Below are positions 25,786-35,280 of a DNA stretch of 35,853 bases, piece after piece. How positions within the stretch are numbered: the stretch's first letter is position 1; each line of letters opens with the position of its first letter. A model generated the notes under the pieces. It made no database searches. It saw nothing but the letters and a program-made list of their open reading frames with translations, and was not told the DNA's origin. Origin of the DNA: an uncultured Planctomycetaceae bacterium (GTDB lineage: Bacteria; Planctomycetota; Phycisphaerae; UBA1845; UTPLA1); NCBI GenBank assembly GCA_964464525.1, contig CAYXGR010000003.1, positions 1-35,853 on the forward strand. Direction: 5' to 3'. The position numbers and the translations under genes were made by a program.

Positions 25786-27129
25786 TCAGTGTTGACCTCG
25801 AAGCGTCGCCTCAATTTGATCGATTCGGGAGCGAAAGGGACCGTCGGTCTCGCGTCGTCGGCTGATCAGTTTGTTCGCATGGAGGACCGTGGTGTGATCA
25901 CGGCCGCCGAAAAAGCCGCCGATTTCTTCCAGGCTATGATGCGTGAGTCGTCGGGCAAGATACATACACACCTGCCGAGGGAAGGCGATCGAACGGCTTC
26001 GGCGCCGTCCCTGGAGGTCAGATAGCCTGACATCGAATCGTTCGGTCACGACGTTGGTGATATCGTGGATACGGATCTGTTGCCTGGGTGTTTCTTCGGG
26101 CTCACCGAGCGCCTCCCTGGCCAGGCTGGCGTCAATTGATCGTTTGGTCAGGACGGCCAGGCCGTGGATTCGGTTTAAGGCACCTTCGAGCTCACGCGTG
26201 TTCGACTCGATGCGGCTGGCGATCAGCATGATCACGTCCTCCGGGAGCTCCAATTCCCGCATTTTCATCTTTTTGCGGATGATGGCACAGCGGGTCTCCA
26301 GACAAGGGGCATCGACCCGCGCAACGAGGCCCCAGTTAAATCGGCTGACCAATCGTTCTTCGAGACTCGGAATCTCGGGGGGCGGGCAGTCCGCGGTCAC
26401 GATGATCTGCTTGTTGGTCTGATAGAGGGTATTAAATGTGTGGAAAAACTCTTCCTGGGTTCGCTCTCGGCCGGAAAGGAATTGGATATCATCGATCATC
26501 AACATATCCACATGGCGATAGCGGTAGCGGAAGCTGCTCAACTCGCCGCGCTCGACCGCATCAATGAAGTGGTTGACGAAGGTTTCACAGGTCAGATAGA
26601 GGATTCGGGTGGCCGGGGAATGATCGAGCACACGCTGGCAGACGGCCTGAAGAAGGTGTGTTTTACCGAGGCCGACATTGCCGTGGATGAAAACTGGGTT
26701 GTAGGCTGTTCCCGGGGATTCACTGACGGCCACGCAGGATGCGTGGGCAAGGCGATTGCACGGGCCGGTGACGAAGTTTTCGAAGACATAGTCACCATTC
26801 AGCCTCAGCAGGGAGACTTCTTCCTCGTAGGGGGTACCTTCATCAGGCTCAGCCAATACGGCGATCGCCTCCGGTTCGCTGTTTCGAGCGTTCTGGAATG
26901 CGACCGTAACGAGGTGCCCCGTCGCCGCCTGTGCGGCTTCGAGAAAAGGCCGCATACAATGGGATTGCAGGTACACCAGTTGTGCACTATTCGCCGCGAG
27001 GATCGATAGTTCGCCTAGTGCGAGGCCGCCGACTTGGAGTTGATTGAACCAAGAGCGCGAAAGACCGGGATAGTGTGTTCGCACATACCCCAGAATGTCG
27101 TCCCAAATCGTCTCGCTCAGACGGCTCAT
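25786..27129 (-). CDS. dnaA: chromosomal replication initiator protein DnaA
   Basis: The AAA+ Walker A is IHGNVGLGKTHLL and Walker B is LMIDDIQFL. The domain IV signature is RSIAFPRQVCMYLARRLT...GGRDHTTVLHA. Confidence 0.97.
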   Translation of the reverse strand: MSRLSETIWDDILGYVRTHYPGLSRSWFNQLQVGGLALGELSILAANSAQLVYLQSHCMRPFLEAAQAATGHLVTVAFQNARNSEPEAIAVLAEPDEGTPYEEEVSLLRLNGDYVFENFVTGPCNRLAHASCVAVSESPGTAYNPVFIHGNVGLGKTHLLQAVCQRVLDHSPATRILYLTCETFVNHFIDAVERGELSSFRYRYRHVDMLMIDDIQFLSGRERTQEEFFHTFNTLYQTNKQIIVTADCPPPEIPSLEERLVSRFNWGLVARVDAPCLETRCAIIRKKMKMRELELPEDVIMLIASRIESNTRELEGALNRIHGLAVLTKRSIDASLAREALGEPEETPRQQIRIHDITNVVTERFDVRLSDLQGRRRSRSIAFPRQVCMYLARRLTHHSLEEIGGFFGGRDHTTVLHANKLISRRRETDGPFRSRIDQIEATLRGQH

Positions 27130-27331
27130 TCCGGCTTGCCCGATTCAGCTCATCCATACGGCCACGAAAGCGGACAATCGTGACTACGGATATAACTCAA
27201 CTTCTTATTTGACAAGTAATAACGACTTGATAACAGGACGGAGTCCCAAGGATCCCTATCATAGCATGTCGGGGTCTCATTCACAATATCCAATTCCCCT
27301 TTCTCGTATGACTTTCTCCCCATTGATGTTT

Positions 27332-27357
27332 GGGGAAATCGTCGAACAGTCAAAATC
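27332..27357 (-). repeat. composite intergenic repeat, degenerate copy F, in the dnaA upstream region
   Basis: GGGGAAATCGTCGAACAGTCAAAATC resembles copy B (GGGAAACGTCAAAACGTCGAAAAGTCAAAAT) and copy D (CGTCAACAGTCGAATC). Confidence 0.45.
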
Positions 27358-27496
27358 TCACACCATTTTACGTGTGGCGGGGCGCGAATTGAGGGTGGGG
27401 GTTGTCAGGAACACGGAAGACGCTAAGATGCTGGGCTCGAAACCGACAATGTACTTGTGAAATAGTTCCGTATGCGAACTTCTCAATGAGCGGGTT

Positions 27497-28897
27497 ATGC
27501 GCTCGCCCGTGCGCATCGGAGCCGTCACTAACTCGCCCCGGGAGACCGATCCATTGATTACTGAAACTATTCCGGACCTCTCCTCGATTTTTCAGCCGGA
27601 TTCCTTTGATACCGAATCTTATGAATCACTCAAGGCGCTGGCCTTTTCGGGCTCAGAGTCGATTCATCGCTTTCGAGAACTGATCTCGGAGCTTGAGAAG
27701 AAGGTTACTTCCGGTGATACGACGGCCGGTCAGGCGGCGCTCAAGCTGGGGATGTGCTATCTCTTGCTCGATAATGCCGAACGAGCAGCACACTGGCTTG
27801 AGCAGGCAGACGATCTAGAGGATAAATTTCGATATCTGGGGCAGGCGTATCGTGAACTCGGGCGTCATCGAGAGGCTGGTTCACAATTCGAACGTGGCGC
27901 GGAATTGGCTTCAGATCGTTTCTATTTTGATTGTCAGCGTGCTGAGAGCCATGTGCTTCTCGGCGAATTGGATCAGGCGTTGGAGATTCTAGACCGATGC
28001 ATGGCCGAAGGTGAGGCTTCCGCGGAATGGCATTATGCCAAGGGACGCTATTGGCATGGAGCCGGCGAATGGGAGCGAGCCATCGACGAGTTCGAGTGCG
28101 CGATCAAACCTGATAGCCAGCATCCACAGGCCACCTTTCATCTAGCTTACCTTCTTCATCTGCACGGCAGCGACGAGCGCGCCAAGGAACTGTATCACTC
28201 CCTCTCTGAAGGTTCCATTGTTCATGCCGATGCCTTGATGAATCTCGCCTTGATCTATGAGGATGAATCCAACTACGAGGAGTCCTCTCGATGTCTGCGG
28301 CGCATACTGGCCGTTAATCCCGAGAACGAGCAGGCGCAACTCTATATCAAGGATGTTGAATCCGCCGAGTATATGTTTATTGACGAGCAGCAGGTTATCG
28401 ATGCTGAAAAACGAAGCGCCGTTCTAGACATTCCGGTCAGCGATTTCGAGCTCTCTGTTCGAAGCCGTAACTGCCTCAAGAAGATGAATATCCATACATT
28501 GGGCGATCTTTTGCGAACAACCGAAGCTGAGCTGCTCTCCTATAAGAATTTTGGCGAAACATCCCTAAAAGAAATCAAGATCATGCTCGACCAAAAGGGG
28601 CTCGTCCTTGAACAGTTGGCAAACGATTCGAACCCCTCGAATATCACGATGATACAACCCGCAGCCTCGGCTTCCGAAGGTATTGTTGAATCTGAGATCC
28701 TGAGCAAGCCCGTTTCGACAGTCGGACTCTCTGTGCGATCGAGGAAATGCCTTCAACAACATGGCATCAATACTCTGGGCGAACTGACCGGTTACAGTGA
28801 AACTGAGTTGATTACATCAGATAACTTCGGACAAACATCGCTCGACGAGATCAAGGATTGCCTGGCCCGGTTTGATCTTTCGCTAAAGACATCGTGA
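27497..28897 (+). CDS. TPR-repeat protein with two tandem C-terminal RNA polymerase alpha-subunit CTD-like (HhH) domains
   Basis: The N-terminal roughly 290 aa are TPR-like. Two alpha-CTD-like modules follow: LDIPVSDFELSVRSRNCLKKMNIHTLGDLLRTTEAELLSYKNFGETSLKEIKIMLDQKGL (about 28424-28606) and VSTVGLSVRSRKCLQQHGINTLGELTGYSETELITSDNFGQTSLDEIKDCLARFDL (about 28703-28882). Confidence 0.8.
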   Translation: MRSPVRIGAVTNSPRETDPLITETIPDLSSIFQPDSFDTESYESLKALAFSGSESIHRFRELISELEKKVTSGDTTAGQAALKLGMCYLLLDNAERAAHWLEQADDLEDKFRYLGQAYRELGRHREAGSQFERGAELASDRFYFDCQRAESHVLLGELDQALEILDRCMAEGEASAEWHYAKGRYWHGAGEWERAIDEFECAIKPDSQHPQATFHLAYLLHLHGSDERAKELYHSLSEGSIVHADALMNLALIYEDESNYEESSRCLRRILAVNPENEQAQLYIKDVESAEYMFIDEQQVIDAEKRSAVLDIPVSDFELSVRSRNCLKKMNIHTLGDLLRTTEAELLSYKNFGETSLKEIKIMLDQKGLVLEQLANDSNPSNITMIQPAASASEGIVESEILSKPVSTVGLSVRSRKCLQQHGINTLGELTGYSETELITSDNFGQTSLDEIKDCLARFDLSLKTS

Positions 28898-29048
28898 TAC
28901 GCAATCATCTATTGCCGTCTTCAAGTCCATCTTTCCGCGGCCGACTTGGCGTCGTTTCTCTTCATTGGTTCCTCCAGAGCTCGATAGGTGTTTTTTTGGA
29001 GTTCATTTCGTGTTCTCTGATCGAAGCCGATTCCGGCGCATACTCCCC

Positions 29049-30320
29049 ATGATTCGATGGGTTCGTCGCGTAGGTCCGGTTCGAAGTCTCGGATTCATCC
29101 TCGGTGTCTTTACTCTTGTATTGCTCGGATGTTTTGCCCTGACCGACCGCACTCCGTGGCGTCGAGAACCCCTGCCGGAGCCACCCCCCGAGATTAAGGT
29201 TAATCGGAGGGTCCGGGTACGTCTCCTTGGGCGAAGGCCTCAGGCGTCCGTCAAGATTTCGATTCGATCAGGCTATGATCTGACAGGTGGCCGATCCCGG
29301 GAGTTACGGCGGCATTTTCCGACAGCGCTCCCCACTTGTACGGTCAAGCCCGCACGTGGATCGGGCATCCAAATAGGCGAAATCAGCTATCCACAGAATG
29401 AGCTGCTGATCACGCCCGAGCATGACGCGTGTATTGTAGTCAATAAAAAGACCTATCGGGGAATTCTACAGATTCGCAGGGGATCAGGAGGCCTCGTCCT
29501 GACGAACCATCTTGATATGGAGTCATACCTCAAGGGGGTGCTTCGCGGTGAACTACCGGAGACTTATCACCCCGAGGCGTTCAAGGCGCAGTGCGTCGCA
29601 GCCCGTACCTATGCTTTTTATCAGATTCAAAACAACCCAGCTGGCGAGGATTTTGATGTTTATGACAACGAGGGAAGCCAGATGTACATCGGCGTCCTCG
29701 GCGAAAAGAGCCGCAAGGCGCTGGATGCGGTCAGGCAAACCCGCGGAGAGGTCTGTGTCTGGAATGATCACGGACGTGACGCGATTTTCTGCACTTACTA
29801 TTCGGCGACCTGTGGCGGCACTTCACAGCATATCAACAATGTGAAACCCCATGATCCGAATGTTACCCCACTTGCCGGTCAGGTCGCGTGCCAGGATTGC
29901 TATCTGCACAAGTTTTATCAATGGGGGCCCGTCTCAATTTCGAAGGAAGAATTGACCCGGCGGATTGTGGCCCGGTATCCCACTGTTAGAAAAATAGGGA
30001 AGATTGTGGGGCTTCGACCGAAGGGACGAACGGCCGGCGGTCGTATTATTCGCATACAATTGGATGGTTCGACGGGACGGAACGAAACGCTTGTCGGAGA
30101 GGATTTTCGCCTTTCATGTGGGGGGCGTGAGTTGAAATCCACGAATTTTGTCATCGAAACCCTCACGGATCGGTTTCGATTCCTGGAGGGCAAGGGCTAT
30201 GGCCATGGCGTGGGTCTTTGTCAAAGTGGGATGGAGACCAAGGCGCGACGCGGCATGGATTATAAGAGAATCCTCTCGATCTATTACCCTACTTCCAGTA
30301 TCAAAACCCTCTACCAGTAG
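29049..30320 (+). CDS. SpoIID/LytB-domain protein (peptidoglycan amidase enhancer / lytic transglycosylase-like)
   Basis: SpoIID-type motifs are EAFKAQCVAARTYAF, FCTYYSATCGGTS and GHGVGLCQSGM. The ATG at 29049 gives an N-terminal TM/signal anchor. The ORF-track start at 28965 is a TTG. Confidence 0.8.
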   Translation: MIRWVRRVGPVRSLGFILGVFTLVLLGCFALTDRTPWRREPLPEPPPEIKVNRRVRVRLLGRRPQASVKISIRSGYDLTGGRSRELRRHFPTALPTCTVKPARGSGIQIGEISYPQNELLITPEHDACIVVNKKTYRGILQIRRGSGGLVLTNHLDMESYLKGVLRGELPETYHPEAFKAQCVAARTYAFYQIQNNPAGEDFDVYDNEGSQMYIGVLGEKSRKALDAVRQTRGEVCVWNDHGRDAIFCTYYSATCGGTSQHINNVKPHDPNVTPLAGQVACQDCYLHKFYQWGPVSISKEELTRRIVARYPTVRKIGKIVGLRPKGRTAGGRIIRIQLDGSTGRNETLVGEDFRLSCGGRELKSTNFVIETLTDRFRFLEGKGYGHGVGLCQSGMETKARRGMDYKRILSIYYPTSSIKTLYQ

Positions 30321-30335
30321 GTATGCACAGCCGGC

Positions 30336-33300
30336 ATGCTGAAGAATAGACCTCATCTCGCGGGCACACTCCTGGGTTTCGCCGTTGCCCTGTTGGCGAC
30401 CTATATCGCCTTTAACACTTCCTTTTTTCAGAAACTCGAACTGCAATCATTCGATCAGCGGATGGTCCGTTTCAGTTCTCTGATGCCAGATCCGCGCATC
30501 GTCCATGTCGATATCGACGACAGCTCACTCGAGCGAATCGGCCGCTGGCCCTGGCCCAGAAAAACATTGGCTGATCTCGTTCGTGAACTCAACAGCCTCG
30601 GCGCGGAGTCTATCATTGTGGATCTGCTGCTTAGTGAGCGAGAACAGGAATATGCCGACAATCGAATACTCGGGACTGATTCGGACATCGAACCCGCCTC
30701 GCCAACTTTAGGACTGGACTCCGGGAACAATATCATCCACGGTGATCTCGAACTGGCGGAGGCTATCCATGAGGCGGGAAACGTTGTGATGGCGGCTCAA
30801 CTGAACACGCGCCCGCCCGGTCAGACTCCTCTGATAGCCGATCGGGTTCGCGCACTGTGGCAGGGTGATCGGGATATGAATGTGTCTCGTATCGTCGAAG
30901 CACTGCACCTTCGAAAGACTGGCCGTAATTACGGTGCCGTGAATCGAGCGCGACTGCGCCTGCGGATTCGCGATCTACTACTCCGACAATTCACGATGAC
31001 CGCCGTCGAATTGGCCGAGCAGCTCGGAGAAACCATTCCGGAAGTCGAGGCCATTGTTGCAGGTATCAAGCGGAAGGTCGCATTGGAACTCGTCGCCGAG
31101 AAGTGCAACACAGATTGTATCCCTTCGTTGACAGATGTCCGGGCCGCGATCCTCAAGGAACACCGTGATCGTTGGAATTCCGATCGAACAGACATCCATC
31201 GCGCCTATCGTGAACAACTCGGATTGATCGAGTTCGATCGATATTTGCATCCGCTTGAGCACAAAATAGTGCCCTATATTCATCGGGCGATAGATATTGT
31301 ACCGCTTTATTTTGAGTTTGCCCGGTATGCCCGGGATATTGCTGCTGTCAATTTTACACACGACATCGATCATGGCGTCCGCCGTGTTCCAATCATGTTT
31401 AATTATCATGATCGGGTTGTGAAGCACATGGGTTTCGCTGTCGCCGCCGCCGTTCTCAATCTAGACACCGATAGAATCACCATGCCGAATCGGCGGACTC
31501 TGTTAATTTCACAGGGCGAGGGTCTGCCAAGCCTGCAGATACCTCTGGATGGTACCGGCAACCTGATCATCCCTTGGACCCGTACCGGTCCGCAATGGCG
31601 ACAGAATGCCGACTTTATTCATATTCCGGCGGCGAAGATTCTTGCTCTCGCCGACGCCAGACGACAAATCAAGGAGAACGAGATTCGGATTCAGTACCAT
31701 CTCGCCGATGTTGTCGCCGCTTCGAAGGGGGAAGTATCGCGCATGGATGGCAGTGAGGACGATCCGCTCGTCACTACTTTCCGCGCCGATCATGACTATC
31801 GTCGGCGCGTTCAGAACTATGTGGCGTTGAGTCGTCGCATTCACCTGACCGAGCTTCGTCGGGAGCATTCATCCGAATCTCTTGCCGCGCTCAGGAAGCA
31901 GGTCGATGCTCTTCATGTCGCCATCAAGGCTGATCAAAAACTCGCGATTTCGCACGTACGGATGATGATTCAGGAACTGGACACGTTGACGCCCGGGGAG
32001 ATCGAGGGTGATCCGAAACTAAAGCAGACGGTCGAATCATTTCGCCATGCCCATCAACTTATCGAAAACGAAGTCTCCGTACTGGAGAAGGCCAATCAAG
32101 GGCTACGGCGCACCATACAGGCTCTTCGGTCTCAGCTTGCCGGTCGGCTGGACGGCAAGTTTGTCTTCATCGGTTATGCAGCAACGGCCGAAGGGGATAT
32201 TGTCCCCACACCCATTGACGAACGCACGAACGGTGTCATGTGTCATGCCAATGTGTTGAATGCCTTTTTACAGAATCACTTCATCAGTCGTTCACCCGCT
32301 TCCGTGGAGATGGCCACTTGCCTTCTATTCGGAGTGATGATCGGTTTTCTGACCGCTACACGCGATGCAAAACTGGCGTTTGTGGCATCCGGGGTTCTAC
32401 TCATCGCGTACACGCTATTCAATAGTTTAGTGCTCTTTCGGATGTATACTCACTGGCTTGCCCTGGTCCCGATCGTCTTTACCGGTTTTACGACTTGGGC
32501 GATCGTCACACTCTTCCGGCAGCTTACGGCGGAACGAGACAAAAGACATTTTAAGAAGCAACTCAGTCAGTACACCTCGCCCGCAATTGCCGATCGGATC
32601 GCCGAGAGCCCGGAGGCCGCCGCCGCCTTCAAGGCCGTTCAGACTCGGGATGTGACCTGTTTCTTTAGCGACTTGCGTGGGTTTACAGCCATAACTGAGC
32701 AGGAGGACGCCGAAAGCGTCCAGCAGGTGCTCAATACTTATCTTGAGCGCATGAGCCGTGTCATTTGGAATCATCGCGGGCTCATCAACAAGTTCATGGG
32801 CGATGGGATCATGGCCTTTTATAATCCATCGGTCGATCCGCTTCCAGAACATCCGCGAGGAGCCTGTGAGACCGCGCTCGATACGATCTCGGAACTCGAA
32901 CAGCTAAAGGAGGAGCAGGCGAGCGGGCCGCACGGCGCGATTTTCAATCAATTATATGTGCGCGTCGGAATCGCCACCGGTCTCTGCAAGAATGGAGACA
33001 TGGGATCGGAGTTGAAGGCGGACTATACAGTGATCGGGGATGTGGTGAACCTGGCTGCCCGGCTGGAGCCGGCGAACAAGGTTTTCGGTACACAGATACT
33101 TGTGTCGGGAGCGGTTCGGGATACCCTGAAGGAAGACTACGCGTTCCGCTATCTCGCCGAGTTGCAGGTCAAGGGGAAGAAGCGAACCGTTCCGGTATAT
33201 GAAGTTGTTTGTCGAAAAGATGCATGGAGCGACGATCAGCGAGCCTATGCGGAGCGATTCGAGGCTGGGGCGCGGCTTTACCAGCAGCGAAAATGGGACG

Positions 33301-33443
33301 ATTGTATTATTCACTTCACCCGTATACTCGCCCGGCGGCCGGACGACCTGGGTGCCAGTCGCTATATCGATGCATGTCAGGAATTGAAGACATTTCTACC
33401 GGGGGAGGATTGGGCCGGGGCACTGGAGTTGAAGGAGAAATAA
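30336..33443 (+). CDS. CHASE2 sensor-domain class III adenylate/guanylate cyclase with a C-terminal TPR-like segment
   Basis: The CHASE2 start is VHVDIDDSSLERIGRWPWPR...IIVDLLLSE. A TM cluster lies around residues 640-720. Cyclase motifs are VTCFFSDLRGFTA, FMGDGIMAFYN and VIGDVVNLAARLE. Confidence 0.85.
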   Translation: MLKNRPHLAGTLLGFAVALLATYIAFNTSFFQKLELQSFDQRMVRFSSLMPDPRIVHVDIDDSSLERIGRWPWPRKTLADLVRELNSLGAESIIVDLLLSEREQEYADNRILGTDSDIEPASPTLGLDSGNNIIHGDLELAEAIHEAGNVVMAAQLNTRPPGQTPLIADRVRALWQGDRDMNVSRIVEALHLRKTGRNYGAVNRARLRLRIRDLLLRQFTMTAVELAEQLGETIPEVEAIVAGIKRKVALELVAEKCNTDCIPSLTDVRAAILKEHRDRWNSDRTDIHRAYREQLGLIEFDRYLHPLEHKIVPYIHRAIDIVPLYFEFARYARDIAAVNFTHDIDHGVRRVPIMFNYHDRVVKHMGFAVAAAVLNLDTDRITMPNRRTLLISQGEGLPSLQIPLDGTGNLIIPWTRTGPQWRQNADFIHIPAAKILALADARRQIKENEIRIQYHLADVVAASKGEVSRMDGSEDDPLVTTFRADHDYRRRVQNYVALSRRIHLTELRREHSSESLAALRKQVDALHVAIKADQKLAISHVRMMIQELDTLTPGEIEGDPKLKQTVESFRHAHQLIENEVSVLEKANQGLRRTIQALRSQLAGRLDGKFVFIGYAATAEGDIVPTPIDERTNGVMCHANVLNAFLQNHFISRSPASVEMATCLLFGVMIGFLTATRDAKLAFVASGVLLIAYTLFNSLVLFRMYTHWLALVPIVFTGFTTWAIVTLFRQLTAERDKRHFKKQLSQYTSPAIADRIAESPEAAAAFKAVQTRDVTCFFSDLRGFTAITEQEDAESVQQVLNTYLERMSRVIWNHRGLINKFMGDGIMAFYNPSVDPLPEHPRGACETALDTISELEQLKEEQASGPHGAIFNQLYVRVGIATGLCKNGDMGSELKADYTVIGDVVNLAARLEPANKVFGTQILVSGAVRDTLKEDYAFRYLAELQVKGKKRTVPVYEVVCRKDAWSDDQRAYAERFEAGARLYQQRKWDDCIIHFTRILARRPDDLGASRYIDACQELKTFLPGEDWAGALELKEK

Positions 33444-33794
33444 GGTGGGGAGCATCGAAATCTCAGTAAAATATAAATATATATGTATTATTCTATGTGA
33501 AGAGGGTGCGGGGGTATCGAATAAGAAGCGGAGCAATCGAGGAGGTGACAAATCGGTTGAAGTCTACAGTGTAGAGGGTCGCCCTGGGCGACTCGGGCCC
33601 AGAAAGGTGATGGCCCTATGGGTGAGGTGATAGAGATCTGATAGAGCCGTAATCCACTCGCCGCCTGTATAGACATGGGCCCGATAATATGCGGCAACAG
33701 TGTCAGATTATGGAAATTGGGTTTGCGACCCGCTATACTACGTTTCTTACGAGCCATACCAGAAGCGACCCGGTGAGGGTCCCCAGGAGACATC

Positions 33795-34958
33795 ATGAAA
33801 AGACTTATTATCGCCATTTTGGTGGCGCCGGCCCTGATCCACACCTCCGCGGCCTGCGCCCAAACAGGAACGTTTATCGATCGGCAGGATCCGGCCGACC
33901 TGAGAATCGCGGATTACAACGTGAACTTCGATTCGATCCTTCCGGGCGGGAACCAGGAGCAGCAGTTTCAGCGCATCATTACCGCCCTTCAACCGGACAT
34001 CATGACGCTTCAGGAAATCACGGTAAACCCGCAGCAGGTGGCGGACATTTTCGACGCGGTCTTGCCCCTTCCCGGAGGGCAACTCTGGCAGGCCACAATG
34101 GGGCATACCAACGTAACCGTCAGCAAATATCCACAGTTGCTGATCGCCAGCGATACGGTTCCGCCGGGCCAGCGGCCGCAGAACATGTCAATGATTGACC
34201 TTCCGAATGCCGATTTCGCACAGGATATCTATTTGATCAATGAACACTACAAGTGCTGCAGCGGGGGCAATCAGGATGATTTGCGGCAGCAACAATCGGA
34301 CGCGGTGATCAACTGGATGCGGGACGCACGGAATCCCGGCGAATCCATCGATCTCCCGCAGGACACGCCGATGGTCGTGCTGGGCGATCTGAATATCGTC
34401 GAGGGGCCGGCCCCGTTGAACACCTTGATCGACGGCAACATCTTTGACCAGGGAACCTACGGGTTGGATTCACCGCCGGACTGGGACGGGACAACGAGCA
34501 CCGATCTACACCCACTGCACAATGGCGTCGGCCCGGATGATTACACCTGGCGAAACGACAACAGCAGCTTTGCCCCCGGCCGCCTGGACTATGTCATCTA
34601 TACGGACTCGGTCATGACACCCGCAAACAACTTTGTGCTGGACACGACACTGATGACGCCGGCGGAACTGGCCGCAACGGGGTTGCAGGAATTCGACGTT
34701 GTGCTGCAACCGCCGGGGCGATTTGATCATCTTCCTTTGGTTGTAGACTTCCGGTTTGCCGGCACGCCGATTGCCCCGGATGGCGATCTGAGCCTGGATG
34801 GCCTGACGAACGGCGAAGACGTGCAGTGGTTTGCGGATCTGATGATCGCGGGTGCGGGTGGTGATCCGAATCGAATTGGTCACGGCGACTATGACCAGAA
34901 CGGTATCGTTGATTTCAACGATGTATCGCCGTTTGTGGCCGATTTGTTGGCGCCGTGA
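33795..34958 (+). CDS. secreted endonuclease/exonuclease/phosphatase (EEP) fold protein with a C-terminal dockerin-like module
   Basis: The signal peptide is MKRLIIAILVAPALIHTSAACAQ. EEP blocks are IADYNVNF, PDIMTLQEI, VVLGDLN and DHLPLVVDF. The C-terminus has two Ca-binding-loop-like repeats (DGDLSLDGLTNGEDV and DYDQNGIVDFNDV). An AGGAGA RBS lies upstream. Confidence 0.75.
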   Translation: MKRLIIAILVAPALIHTSAACAQTGTFIDRQDPADLRIADYNVNFDSILPGGNQEQQFQRIITALQPDIMTLQEITVNPQQVADIFDAVLPLPGGQLWQATMGHTNVTVSKYPQLLIASDTVPPGQRPQNMSMIDLPNADFAQDIYLINEHYKCCSGGNQDDLRQQQSDAVINWMRDARNPGESIDLPQDTPMVVLGDLNIVEGPAPLNTLIDGNIFDQGTYGLDSPPDWDGTTSTDLHPLHNGVGPDDYTWRNDNSSFAPGRLDYVIYTDSVMTPANNFVLDTTLMTPAELAATGLQEFDVVLQPPGRFDHLPLVVDFRFAGTPIAPDGDLSLDGLTNGEDVQWFADLMIAGAGGDPNRIGHGDYDQNGIVDFNDVSPFVADLLAP

Positions 34959-35232
34959 TCATAGGTCCATGACAGTTTCCGAGACCCGCAAACCCAGCAT
35001 AGGACGGGTCATCTGCCCCATCTGTTGATCATGTGGAGCAGCGTACTTGAACCGCAATTTCTCACACAGTGTGCATTCAATCCGAGCCCCGAGCGCAAGC
35101 GAGTGGGTCGTTGCTCAATGACCTACTCCAAGAAGAACCCCACATTGACGCGCCAGAGCTCTGAATATAACCCGCGTAGAGTGTTATGGACCCCGTGATC
35201 ATCGATTTCAGATTGCTGATTGAGGGGGGGCG

Positions 35233-35273
35233 CCGAAAAGTCGAAAAACAAAAACTGCCCAACGGTGGGCAGT
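35233..35273 (-). terminator. Rho-independent terminator (composite repeat copy E)
   Basis: On the minus strand an 8-bp stem ACTGCCCA/TGGGCAGT (35254-35261/35266-35273) with a 4-nt loop begins 8 nt after the stop at 35281. It is followed directly by TTTTGTTTTTCGACTTTTCGG. An alternative palindrome GGTGGGCA-G-TGCCCACC (35264-35280) overlaps it. Confidence 0.8.
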
Positions 35274-35280
35274 GCCCACC

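Noticed and set aside
33445-33630. 61-aa plus-strand ORF (GTG start) right after the cyclase gene
   Set aside because: It spans the AT-rich island and the hairpin region. It has no RBS or motifs, and its composition is atypical for this genome's genes.
34964-34975. 12-mer GGTCCATGACAG repeated at 35811-35822
   Set aside because: By a rough estimate, exact 12-mer matches are expected many times by chance in a 36-kb window, and the flanks do not align.
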